DNA of 47,581 nt, from positions 970 through 48,550 of the forward strand of contig DAUW01000076.1 in assembly GCA_002505355.1 (NCBI GenBank), read 5' to 3'. A program made the position numbers and the translations under genes. Below, piece after piece: positions 1 through 8,476 of the stretch. The stretch is from Euryarchaeota archaeon UBA229 (GTDB lineage: Archaea > Thermoplasmatota > Poseidoniia > Poseidoniales > Poseidoniaceae). Under the pieces are notes generated by a model. That model worked only from the letters and a program-made list of their open reading frames with translations. It ran no database searches and was not told the origin of the DNA. Positions within the stretch are counted from its first letter, which is position 1; each line of letters begins with the position of its first letter.

Positions 1-2
1 TA

Positions 3-245
3 ATCGCTCAAGGATACCCTGAGGAAACCGCTCGGGCATATGCGCAACAATACGCAGCACAGGCCGGATTAGGAGGTGCAGGGGCTGGAGCAGCTCAAGC
101 CGCAACAGCAACTGCCTCTAACCCTGCGATGGACGCGGCGTATCAGCAGTATTACCAGCAGTTTATCTCACAAGGGTACGATGCTCAAACTGCAGCAGCT
201 TATGCTCAACAGTATGCAGCACAATATATGCAACAGCAAAATTAG
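3..245 (+). CDS. 3' end of a CDS truncated by the window edge; Q/A/Y-rich tail with two copies of a QGY-x4-TA-x-AYAQQYAAQ unit
   Basis: Frame +3 is open from the window edge to TAG at 243-245. My translation: IAQGYPEETARAYAQQYAAQAGLGGAGAGAAQAATATASNPAMDAAYQQYYQQFISQGYDAQTAAAYAQQYAAQYMQQQN*. It is absent from the ORF track because it has no in-window start. Confidence 0.4.
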   Translation: MAQGYPEETARAYAQQYAAQAGLGGAGAGAAQAATATASNPAMDAAYQQYYQQFISQGYDAQTAAAYAQQYAAQYMQQQN

Positions 246-310
246 GCCTCGATAGAATTGATTGACTTGTAGGTCAATGAGTTCAAAAGAGACAGGCTGC
301 AGGCTCGTCC

Positions 311-1576
311 ATGGACAAGACTGACATGTACACAGTTGCGGATATCTCGTTAGCAGAATCAGGAGCACTCAGAGTTGATTGGGCCAGAGCCAGAATGCCT
401 GTGCTCGCTGCACTCAAAGAAGAGGCACTCAAGACTAAACCACTTGCCGGAATGAAAGTAGCAGGTTGTTTGCACGTAACCAAAGAAACTGCGGTACTCA
501 TAGAGACTATCGCAGCAGCTGGGGCTGAAATCTCGTGGTCAGGATGTAACCCATTGTCGACTCAAGATGATGTTGCTGCATGGCTGGCAGCAGAAGGATA
601 TTCTATACACGCCTGGCACGGACAGAGCGTCGAAGACTTCTACTGGTGCATTGACCGAACCCTCGAATTCAACCCAACATTGACCCTAGATGATGGAGCA
701 GATTTAATCGTTAGAGTGCACGGTGAAAAAAGTGAATACGCAGAAGGCGTAATCGGCGGAACTGAGGAAACCACCACTGGAGTCCATCGACTAAGAGCGA
801 TGGGCAAAGCGGGTGATTTGAAATACCCAGTAATTGCAGTGAACGATGCTATCACTAAGTGGGATTTTGACAATGTTTACGGCACAGGGCAATCCACAAT
901 TGATGGAATCCTAAGGGCTACATCCGTACTCATTTCAGGAAAAACCTTCGTGGTCGCGGGCTATGGACACTGTGGTAAGGGTGTAGCTATGCGTGCACAA
1001 GGAATGGGCGCGAATGTAATTATTACTGAGGTAGACCCGCTACCTGCTTTGAGAGCAGTAATGGATGGCTTTAGGGTAATGAAAATGGACGAAGCCGCAA
1101 AACATGGAGACATATTTTGTACCGCTACAGGTATGAAGGATGTTATTGTTAACCGACATTTTGCGTCGATGAAGGATGGCGCAATAATCTCCAACACCGG
1201 TCACTATGACTGCGAGATTAACATCGAGGACTTGAAGGCACAATCCGCTAGCAGCAGGACCATTAGAGACAATAATGTAGAATACACCATGAACGATGGC
1301 AGGAAGATTTACTTGCTTGCAGACGGGCGTTTAGTCAATTTAGCTGCGGCTGAAGGTCACCCATCTGAAGTTATGGATATGTCATTTGCCAACCAGTATC
1401 TTGCACTTTGCCGTCTAGCAAATGAAGGCTCGGAAATGAAACCGATAGTTTATGATATCACCACCGAACAAGACCAAGGATTAGCGGTTACCAAACTAGC
1501 AACTCTTGGCTTTTCAATCGATAATCTAACTAACGATCAAACAGAGTATCTTGACGACTACAATGCAGGAACGTGA
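311..1576 (+). CDS. ahcY: S-adenosyl-L-homocysteine hydrolase (adenosylhomocysteinase)
   Basis: 421-aa ORF with SGCNPLSTQDD, GGTEETTTGVHRL and the NAD Rossmann segment GYGHCGKGVAMRAQGMGANVIITEVDP. Length and motifs are typical of the family. Confidence 0.95.
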   Translation: MDKTDMYTVADISLAESGALRVDWARARMPVLAALKEEALKTKPLAGMKVAGCLHVTKETAVLIETIAAAGAEISWSGCNPLSTQDDVAAWLAAEGYSIHAWHGQSVEDFYWCIDRTLEFNPTLTLDDGADLIVRVHGEKSEYAEGVIGGTEETTTGVHRLRAMGKAGDLKYPVIAVNDAITKWDFDNVYGTGQSTIDGILRATSVLISGKTFVVAGYGHCGKGVAMRAQGMGANVIITEVDPLPALRAVMDGFRVMKMDEAAKHGDIFCTATGMKDVIVNRHFASMKDGAIISNTGHYDCEINIEDLKAQSASSRTIRDNNVEYTMNDGRKIYLLADGRLVNLAAAEGHPSEVMDMSFANQYLALCRLANEGSEMKPIVYDITTEQDQGLAVTKLATLGFSIDNLTNDQTEYLDDYNAGT

Positions 1577-2617
1577 TTATTCTTCTTCATACGGTTGGGC
1601 GTCAATCAACGGCGAATCGCCATCTTCAATCACACCCATCTCATCCAAGTGAGACTCGAAATCGGGTAGTTCGATATTCCAATTTTTTGGAAGTTTGTTC
1701 TTTTCTTCAACAATTATTAGCATTCTTTCTTGCCATGCAACAGGTTTTCTTTGCAAGATATACATGTAAAGGACCGAGGTTCGAATCTCCTCTGATATTA
1801 TGCTGTAGCCTGAGGACGACTCGAAATTCATGGCTCTTAATAGATTAAACGCTGGTCTGTTAATCGTTCTGAACATATTCTTGGTAAACCTCATACCAGC
1901 AATCACTGCAATAAAGATAACAACGCTGGTTAGACAGAAAGCAGCAAGTCCTTCTCCTGCTAAGAAATTTGATAAAACAATCACGCCAAACAAAACTGGA
2001 ACAGTAATTAGCATGAAGATAGTTGTCTCGGATACTGGTGCCTTGCGCATTTTTGACTCTATTGCTAACCACCCTGGATGACGCTTTTCCCATGGTTTGA
2101 AGTGTTCATTTGAATTCTGCTGTACTGCCGTATTGAAAAGCCCCAGTAGTTGATGTACGCGTCCATACTGGCTGGTGGCGACATCCATGTTCTCGTTTAG
2201 TATCGTCTCTATTCGCTCACGACCTTCTGCGTACAAGCCAAGGTCTGCCAAGATTGTGGCTTGTTCAATCAGCGGTGTGACCTCGTAGGGAGCATGAAGT
2301 CTGACTTGTTGCCACCAATCGAGAGCGTCAATCATTAAACCAAGTTCATCGGCTAATAGTCTGCCACCGCGAACCCACATATCGATTCTTGTTGGGTCTA
2401 ATTTTACGATTGTCTTGACTGCAGTAAGCGATTTTGAAGCTTCGATAAGGCTTGCTGCCTTGCCATCAGCCAATAAATGGGCATCGGAAATTAGCTGCCA
2501 AGCATCGACATGTTCAGGGTCCAACTTGACTGCCTTGTAAGCCATGGCTAATGCGACATCTCGGTCTCCTTTGTCCAGTGCTTCGATGGCATCTAAGTAG
2601 TGATTCTCAGCACTCAT
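1577..2617 (-). CDS. Membrane protein with an N-terminal TPR-like helical-repeat domain; function unknown
   Basis: 346-aa ORF. The N-terminal ~190 aa look like helical repeats (AMAYKAVKLDPEHVDAWQLISDAHL). Two central hydrophobic helices follow (TIFMLITVPVLFGVIVLSNFL; AAFCLTSVVIFIAVIAGM), then an acidic C-terminus PYEEE. Convergent with ahcY. Confidence 0.55.
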   Translation of the reverse strand: MSAENHYLDAIEALDKGDRDVALAMAYKAVKLDPEHVDAWQLISDAHLLADGKAASLIEASKSLTAVKTIVKLDPTRIDMWVRGGRLLADELGLMIDALDWWQQVRLHAPYEVTPLIEQATILADLGLYAEGRERIETILNENMDVATSQYGRVHQLLGLFNTAVQQNSNEHFKPWEKRHPGWLAIESKMRKAPVSETTIFMLITVPVLFGVIVLSNFLAGEGLAAFCLTSVVIFIAVIAGMRFTKNMFRTINRPAFNLLRAMNFESSSGYSIISEEIRTSVLYMYILQRKPVAWQERMLIIVEEKNKLPKNWNIELPDFESHLDEMGVIEDGDSPLIDAQPYEEE

Positions 2618-2642
2618 GGTTAACTGCTTGTCAATGAATTAC

Positions 2643-3512
2643 TTAATCATCGCGATTTCTCTTTCTCGACCGTGCTTTCAGTGGTTGAGGTCCTCTGTTG
2701 TGCGCATGATTTGCTGATTTACCCTTAGCCCTGCGGAATCTTCGGTTAGCATCATCTGATCGGTTTTGCTTCGGTCTTCCACCATTCCCTCCTCGACTAG
2801 GGGGTTTTGATGTTCTTGATTGGCCATGCTTAGGCTCGCCGCACCTGTTACATTCAGTTCTGAATGAAAAGTTGACGTTACCACAATTGTTGCAGGTCCA
2901 GTCGTTGTCAGCAAATGTTTTCTTTGGGCTGTTTCTATTTCGAGCTTCTCTGTTCCTTGAGTCTCTATTATTCCCGTGCCTTGAGCCATCACTGCCGCGA
3001 CGATTCGAATCGCGAAACTGGGAGTCTCTACGAAAATTATCTCGACGTTGGCGACTAAAGTTTTCATTTCTGTTGTCTCGGCGACCGCCTCCTGAATTTT
3101 CCCGGCGGTTATCTCGACGATGGTTCCTAGAATCAGGGCGTCTGTTATCTCGCCAGTGTGAACCTCGCTGATTGTCACGATGTGTTCGCTCATTGCGTCC
3201 ACGATTGTCTCGATACCGAGAATCATTCCTGTCGCTTCGTTGATAGTCAGACCTGTCACGATTTTCACCCCGAGGGGTCTTTGCGCGAATTTGCGCGTCG
3301 CAGCCGATGAAAATATCTGGGTTCATTTTTCTATCAAGGTGGGCAATATGGGCGATTGGGTTATCTGTACCACCGAGAACTGCGTCAATTTTGCCAATGT
3401 AGGTTCCATCGTCAACTTTCACTATGATAGAGCCAAGTGCTGGTGAAGACCCGGTGAACGGTGCCAAAAGTCCACCTTCGTGGCTTAGTGATTCAATAGT
3501 TGCCTTGAACAT
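2643..3512 (-). CDS. gar1: H/ACA RNP subunit Gar1 core fused to an Arg/Asp/Asn-rich low-complexity linker and a RanBP2-type zinc finger
   Basis: Residues 1-78 resemble archaeal Gar1 (small beta-barrel; IGKIDAVLGGTDNPIAHIAHL...IFIGCDAQI). Residues 81-199 are RDNR/RSD repeats. Residues 205-224, WTCNNCGNVNFSFRTECNRC, fit W-x-C-x2-C-x3-N-x6-C-x2-C exactly. A basic tail follows. Confidence 0.75.
   Translation of the reverse strand: MFKATIESLSHEGGLLAPFTGSSPALGSIIVKVDDGTYIGKIDAVLGGTDNPIAHIAHLDRKMNPDIFIGCDAQIRAKTPRGENRDRSDYQRSDRNDSRYRDNRGRNERTHRDNQRGSHWRDNRRPDSRNHRRDNRRENSGGGRRDNRNENFSRQRRDNFRRDSQFRDSNRRGSDGSRHGNNRDSRNREARNRNSPKKTFADNDWTCNNCGNVNFSFRTECNRCGEPKHGQSRTSKPPSRGGNGGRPKQNRSDDANRRFRRAKGKSANHAHNRGPQPLKARSRKRNRDD
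2916..3272 (-). repeat. Coding low-complexity region (Arg/Asp/Asn/Ser-rich degenerate RDNR repeats) inside the Gar1 fusion gene
   Basis: Translation reads RGENRDRSDYQRSDRNDSRYRDNRGRNERTHRDNQRGSHWRDNRRPDSRNHRRDNRRENSGGGRRDNRNENFSRQRRDNFRRDSQFRDSNRRGS... The composition also produces long spurious ORFs in other frames (2678..3268, 2872..3171). Confidence 0.85.
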
Positions 3513-3532
3513 CTAATTTACGTCCGTTGATA

Positions 3533-5506
3533 TTATTCCTCGTCTCTACGAACAAGCGCTGCTCCAAATAGGGCGATAGAAATAGTAGCGAGCATAGAAA
3601 TGCTTGGCAATGCACTAACGTCATCACCACTGGTATCATCATCAGATGCAGTACCGTCGTTGGATGAATCCTGTGCATCAGGGTCTTCAACATTGACTTC
3701 CAGTATGCTATTGATATTTGATTCATCAGTTGCGGTTATGATTACGTCATATGTGGTAATTTCCTGCATGACACATGTGGCAATAGAGACGTCTATTTCC
3801 CAGTTAATGCCTACCTGGGTGAAGTCGGTTGCGCTTGCTCCACAAAGTTGCAAAGTCATTGATACACTTTCTCCGTCAGGGTCAGATACAGTACCTTTCA
3901 GCGTAAATTGTAGCCCAGTTGCGTCCCATGTTGCGTTATTACCGTCGAAACTGGTGCGCAGAGAAATGATTGGTGGTAGGCTTTGTTTTTCTAGTCCAAA
4001 GTCAAATACATAATCAAAATTCATCATGTTGTTAGCAGTGGCACTACCCATAACCATCACCATTCCTGGCTTTAGACCGTCCATCGGTAAAGCAATAGTA
4101 ATTGGTTCATTACTTGCCATCGAAGAACGCATGGCCCCCATAACTCCATCTTGGTGTGCATGGGCGCTGACCGTCATTTCAGCTACCAAACCTGTTGGTG
4201 TGACGGTGTAGTCTATATTTTCCCCGTCAGTGATACTCGCTGCGGCAGTGAATGGCTGTCCAAAGGTGAAATCTAGTGTCTCATCTGCGGTAGCGCCAAA
4301 GGGATCTACTACGCTGCAAGTGGCTGATGATGTGCTGGTGCCCGAGGGGGAGGTAATCAATAAATTTCCAGACTCATCTTGTCTTGATTCCCAACCAGCA
4401 TCAGTAAACGAACAGTCAAGATTCCATCCATTAGAATCGGTTGCCCAACCGGACAATTCGTCCGCAGCGATAGTGAGATATTCGGTACCAGTCATTAGAG
4501 GGATGATTGAGTTATTTGCTGGTTTCATATTGGTCCATTCTGGGATATCATTCGATTCAGGCTCTGCGGTGGTGAAATCTATGAACAGGTTTCTTCCGAC
4601 CGGCCAATTAGATTTGTCATAATCAACATGCTGGTATATTCTCAGTTTACCATCGGGGAGGAATTCTTCCTCTGGTGCAGTGTAGTCTAGTCCTTCAACA
4701 AGCTCGGCACCGTCGTCTTCCATACCAAAGCCGGCGATTCTCAACCCTTGCAGTGCAGGGAATGTCATGACTAGGTCAGCATTAGTCATGTTAGTGACGT
4801 TCAGCGCTAGAGTAAAGTTGGACACTCCTTGGTTTGGTAACTGGTCAAACCTCATATTGTTATTTTCACCAGTTTTGACGAAGAGGCTAATCTGTAGGTC
4901 ATCGGTGGCGGCAACAGGGATTTCCTTGCAATCAGCTGATGCACCAAAGTTAGTACATGAACGCTCTTCTGGGTGGTTTGGCGCAACTAAGTCCACTTCG
5001 TCGAGAGCTATTCCCTCCTCGACAAATTCGAGGTCATTCCATGCAACACCGCTGTTAGTTCGGTGTGGGACGCCTTCCCTAATACCAAGTCTAGTTTCCA
5101 TATCTTCAATGCACATTGGTCCGATTTCTCGGACTGCTTCTCGCTCATCAGTACTAATCCAGCCGTTATCACCGCCAGGTGCACCATCGAATAATCCATC
5201 CAAATTTTCTCGCACAGTAGCCGAGTTGCTGCCGTTGACAAAAGCGGTTGCATCCATTTCTGCCGTAGCCCAATCAGCACCAATATCTATGTTGAATAAG
5301 GCGAAATTGTAATCGAACAGGTCTTCAAAGGTATAGCCTGAGCAATCGACATCAGACAGGCCACTACTTCCCTGTCGACCTTCGGTTTCTACCGGTTGGT
5401 TAACCGTTAATTCAGGTGCGGTAACTCCGCTGGATAAACCCATCATAATCATCATAACTAGCATGGTTATTGCGGTGACTGGAACATAGTAACTTCTAGT
5501 TGCCAT
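3533..5506 (-). CDS. Large secreted or cell-surface protein with an N-terminal signal/anchor, an Ig-like DPDG module and a C-terminal TM anchor
   Basis: 657-aa ORF with a hydrophobic N-terminus (VTAITMLVMMIMMGLSSGVTAPE) and an acidic, Thr/Ser/Asp-rich body. A near-C-terminal module reads GTVSDPDGESVSMTLQL. The C-terminus is LPSISMLATISIALFGAALVRRDEE (TM helix plus basic/acidic end). It lies downstream of the ABC-2 genes on the same strand. Confidence 0.65.
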   Translation of the reverse strand: MATRSYYVPVTAITMLVMMIMMGLSSGVTAPELTVNQPVETEGRQGSSGLSDVDCSGYTFEDLFDYNFALFNIDIGADWATAEMDATAFVNGSNSATVRENLDGLFDGAPGGDNGWISTDEREAVREIGPMCIEDMETRLGIREGVPHRTNSGVAWNDLEFVEEGIALDEVDLVAPNHPEERSCTNFGASADCKEIPVAATDDLQISLFVKTGENNNMRFDQLPNQGVSNFTLALNVTNMTNADLVMTFPALQGLRIAGFGMEDDGAELVEGLDYTAPEEEFLPDGKLRIYQHVDYDKSNWPVGRNLFIDFTTAEPESNDIPEWTNMKPANNSIIPLMTGTEYLTIAADELSGWATDSNGWNLDCSFTDAGWESRQDESGNLLITSPSGTSTSSATCSVVDPFGATADETLDFTFGQPFTAAASITDGENIDYTVTPTGLVAEMTVSAHAHQDGVMGAMRSSMASNEPITIALPMDGLKPGMVMVMGSATANNMMNFDYVFDFGLEKQSLPPIISLRTSFDGNNATWDATGLQFTLKGTVSDPDGESVSMTLQLCGASATDFTQVGINWEIDVSIATCVMQEITTYDVIITATDESNINSILEVNVEDPDAQDSSNDGTASDDDTSGDDVSALPSISMLATISIALFGAALVRRDEE

Positions 5507-5566
5507 AACTGCCGGTAGTCTGTACTTGTCTAATACTCTTTGGATGTCAGCGTACTATATGGTGTG

Positions 5567-6394
5567 TTATGGCTGTATCCTGGCCATACGGGACTTAAAC
5601 CAAAACCACGGCAGTATAGTCCACAATGCGGCACAAAGCCACGCTACTATAGGTGATACACCTCTGTCGATTCCTGCGATATTTGTCTCTAGCAGGTGGT
5701 GGAACACTCCATTAGGTGACAACAAGTCCAGTAGCCCTTCAATTCTTATCATGTTAGGGTCGTTCAAGTCTCCTACGTTAACCCCCGAGGCAAAAGCCAC
5801 CATCGACGTGACTAAGGCCCAAAGGAAGGTAAACAAAAACCACATGCCGACGCCAAAGGCAATGGAGGTGCCTTGGTCTTTTGAGTAAGTTGAAGCAATC
5901 AGGCTGAATATTACGTACCAAAATAGCACTAGCGCAACGGACACGAATGATGCAATAGTTTCCCAGATAACTACACCTTGACTCAACCTAGACATCACGA
6001 TGAAGATTGAAATAAGCCACAGCACCCAGACTGGAATTAGAATGGCGAACCAGTGACCTAAAGCGATTCCTAGAGCTTGCTCTTGTCTCGGCATGGGTTG
6101 GGATAATCTAACCTCTAATACTCCACTGAACCGGTCTTTACTGACACCATCAAACGATAATAACACGCCGCACATTGTGCCGGCAAAAACGATTCCTAGG
6201 CTGGTGTAGAACATCACCTCCATGACATTGTTTGGCTTAATGCCGCCCGGTAGCATGACCTCTGGGTCTGAGAACCCCCAAGCCATACCAGGAATAAACA
6301 AGGTTAGTATTGGCAGCATAATTATCATTCTTGTTGAAACTAATTTCGTTGCAACAATCCTTTGGACAATCGATAGTACTTCACGATTTAGCAT
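5567..6394 (-). CDS. ABC-2 type (NosY-like) transporter permease
   Basis: 275-aa ORF with about six hydrophobic helices and no ABC-importer EAA loop. Its start codon lies one nucleotide after the stop of the upstream ATPase gene. Confidence 0.7.
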   Translation of the reverse strand: MLNREVLSIVQRIVATKLVSTRMIIMLPILTLFIPGMAWGFSDPEVMLPGGIKPNNVMEVMFYTSLGIVFAGTMCGVLLSFDGVSKDRFSGVLEVRLSQPMPRQEQALGIALGHWFAILIPVWVLWLISIFIVMSRLSQGVVIWETIASFVSVALVLFWYVIFSLIASTYSKDQGTSIAFGVGMWFLFTFLWALVTSMVAFASGVNVGDLNDPNMIRIEGLLDLLSPNGVFHHLLETNIAGIDRGVSPIVAWLCAALWTILPWFWFKSRMARIQP

Positions 6395-6395
6395 A

Positions 6396-7421
6396 CTACT
6401 CTTCCTCCGAAATAGTTCTCAATGGCATCATGTTTGGCGATTGAATTTCCATGCCAATTTCCTCCACTTCCAAACCAGTTGCTTGGCACAGTAACTCAAC
6501 TATATCAGGAGTTTTACGTTTCCACTCAGTGATTACGTGGCCCGCAGCGACAAGCTTGCTAACACAGTCGTCGGGCGGATTTTGTATAACATAGTTCCAG
6601 ACAGTTTCACCTCGCAATTTTTCAATTACGCTGCCATCTACAATATATTCACCAATATCAGGTATTTCGGCGATGCTGTTTAGCTCGATCCGATTTGCTA
6701 AGCCTAACTTGCTTTCAATCTCATTAATTGAACCATTAGCGACTATTTGTCCCCGATGAATTAGCAACAATTTATCGATCAGGTTCACTAAACCACTGAC
6801 TTGGTGTGATGAAATTATTACCGATACTCCTTGTTTGGTTATCTGTTTGATCATTTTCTCTACCGATTTAGCTGCTACTGGGTCAAGACCATTGAACGGT
6901 TCATCCAAAACGAGTATTTTCGGTGCCCCCATTAGGGCTATGGCAAGGCTGAGTCTTTGTCGCATACCTTGGCTCAATTCGTCCAGTGAGGCATCAGATC
7001 TACTACTCAGACCTACTAATTTGAGCAGTTTGTGGGGAGTTGTTGAATCCTGTCTCATGTTTGAGAATTCGGTAATTGTTTGCAATACTGAGCTAGATCC
7101 TGACCACCTAACCTGTTCTGGCATGTGGCCCACTATGCTTCTCAGTTGTTTGTCAATCGACTCATTGGCGTTAGTCAAATATTGATCATTGATTTTTACC
7201 CGTCCTTCATCAATTGGCATAATGCCGGCAAGAATACGCAAAAGGGTCGTTTTCCCAGCGCCATTTGGTCCAACAAGTCCAATAATTTCCCCCTTATTTA
7301 TACTAAAATTTAGGGTAAAAACGCCCGGTCCTTTTCTTGTATTCCACGGGTTAGTGAATTTTGGACTAGGGATTCGATGACGAAAACTGACATTGACTAA
7401 CTCAATTACTTTGTCCGCCAT
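6396..7421 (-). CDS. ABC transporter ATP-binding protein with a ~100-aa C-terminal extension
   Basis: Walker A GPNGAGKTT, signature LSQGMRQRLSLAIAL, Walker B ILVLDEPFNGLD, H-loop SSHQ. The final codons (TCG GAG GAA GAG TAG) contain GGAGG 12 nt upstream of the permease ATG. Confidence 0.9.
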   Translation of the reverse strand: MADKVIELVNVSFRHRIPSPKFTNPWNTRKGPGVFTLNFSINKGEIIGLVGPNGAGKTTLLRILAGIMPIDEGRVKINDQYLTNANESIDKQLRSIVGHMPEQVRWSGSSSVLQTITEFSNMRQDSTTPHKLLKLVGLSSRSDASLDELSQGMRQRLSLAIALMGAPKILVLDEPFNGLDPVAAKSVEKMIKQITKQGVSVIISSHQVSGLVNLIDKLLLIHRGQIVANGSINEIESKLGLANRIELNSIAEIPDIGEYIVDGSVIEKLRGETVWNYVIQNPPDDCVSKLVAAGHVITEWKRKTPDIVELLCQATGLEVEEIGMEIQSPNMMPLRTISEEE

Positions 7422-7472
7422 AACTCTGCCTAGTAGTTCAACTATGACAAATTAACTTGAAAATAACTCTAC

Positions 7473-8402
7473 TTGGCAAACATTATTGTTCAGACGCCCA
7501 ATCATCGACATGTTGAGATGCTTGCTTCGGTGATATTATCCTCGTTATTGGTAGGGGTTTTGTTTCTAATTGTCTTTCTCAAGAACAGCACCGATGAGAA
7601 TAACAAAATGACCGTACGAGAGGTATATGGCGATAAGGCACTAGAGTTGTTTCTCGCGTGTATCGCCCTACTGTGGATTCTTCCTTACGGGGCAATAGCT
7701 GTGCTCCCGCTAGCATTGTTGGTCTCAGTCATGAGTCCTGCAGGCCGCCAGGCTTGGAGCGCTCATGGTAAGTTCCGCACCTATGCAATAACCGCAATGA
7801 TAGTCATCCTACTAATGGGTGGATTAGTACCAACCTCCACACCTAAGTCTCCAGAGTCGTGGGGCCAGCCACTGTTTACGGAAAATCCCAATGCTCCACT
7901 ATATCCATCAGGCCAGCAATACACATGGTTACGTTTGCCGACAGACGGAGGGCTAAACGTTGAGATCATTCAGTCTCTTAGTATTAGAACGCCACATCAG
8001 TACGGTAAATTCTCTGCAGCGTCATCGACTTTTTCGATTGCTGACCTATTCAATATGCAAGAGTCAAGACTTGATCAAGCAATACAACTACTAGACCAGC
8101 AGATTGTATTTGATATCGATGAGGATGAAATGATGCTAGAAACTATCAACGATAAAAGAAGTCACACCTACGATATTGGCACTGAATCATACAAATTAGA
8201 TATTAGGTTGTATGAGTTAAGAAGTTTGACATTAACTTCAGACCCAAACGGATTCAAAGTAGGTGAGGTATTCTGCGTGGCTGAATCAACCTGGAGTGGT
8301 GAATTAAATATTCTCGTCGTAGTTCGACCCGTTGGTCACACGGGTTTGGAAAGTGATCGTTACGCAGAAGGGCTTACAGTACAATGGATTTCGGCCGATT
8401 AG
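7473..8402 (+). CDS. Membrane protein (about 3 TM helices plus an extracytoplasmic domain); function unknown
   Basis: 309-aa ORF with a TTG start in the track; an in-frame ATG (MLASVILSS...) lies 15 codons downstream. Hydrophobic helices include VILSSLLVGVLFLIVFL, LFLACIALLWILPYGAIAVLPLALLV and YAITAMIVILLMGGLV. Divergent from the ABC-2 operon. Confidence 0.5.
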   Translation: MANIIVQTPNHRHVEMLASVILSSLLVGVLFLIVFLKNSTDENNKMTVREVYGDKALELFLACIALLWILPYGAIAVLPLALLVSVMSPAGRQAWSAHGKFRTYAITAMIVILLMGGLVPTSTPKSPESWGQPLFTENPNAPLYPSGQQYTWLRLPTDGGLNVEIIQSLSIRTPHQYGKFSAASSTFSIADLFNMQESRLDQAIQLLDQQIVFDIDEDEMMLETINDKRSHTYDIGTESYKLDIRLYELRSLTLTSDPNGFKVGEVFCVAESTWSGELNILVVVRPVGHTGLESDRYAEGLTVQWISAD

Positions 8403-8430
8403 GGCTTAAAATTGATAGTTTAGGGAAACC

Positions 8431-8444
8431 TAAATAATATATAT
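8431..8444 (+). promoter_or_regulatory. Candidate archaeal TATA-like element upstream of the transferrin-like gene
   Basis: TAAATAATATATAT lies 33-46 nt upstream of the ATG at 8477 in an otherwise ordinary spacer. This rests on position and composition only. Confidence 0.25.
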
Positions 8445-8476
8445 CAGACGCTTTTCGGGCAACCTAAAGTGATACT

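Noticed and set aside
261-278. Perfect palindrome ATTGAC-N6-GTCAAT upstream of ahcY. A 10-bp palindrome TGATTAATCA at 35081-35090 lies upstream of the secreted subtilase.
   Set aside because: Short AT-rich palindromes are expected by chance in AT-leaning spacers. There is no second copy or known operator consensus to support a regulatory call.
1573-2093. Plus- and minus-strand ORFs of 77-91 aa overlapping the TPR-membrane gene, and similar 60-180-aa shadow ORFs throughout the track (for example 3600..4013, 4767..5312, 24180..24503)
   Set aside because: All are nested in or antisense to longer ORFs with recognisable families or coherent membrane/secretion features. They have odd composition and no motifs, so I treated them as non-coding shadows.
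2678-3268. 196-aa ORF (and 2872..3171 on the + strand) overlapping the Gar1 fusion gene
   Set aside because: These are alternative-frame and antisense read-through of a biased Arg/Asp/Asn codon repeat. They have no motifs and no independent start context. The Gar1 frame alone has recognisable domains at both ends.
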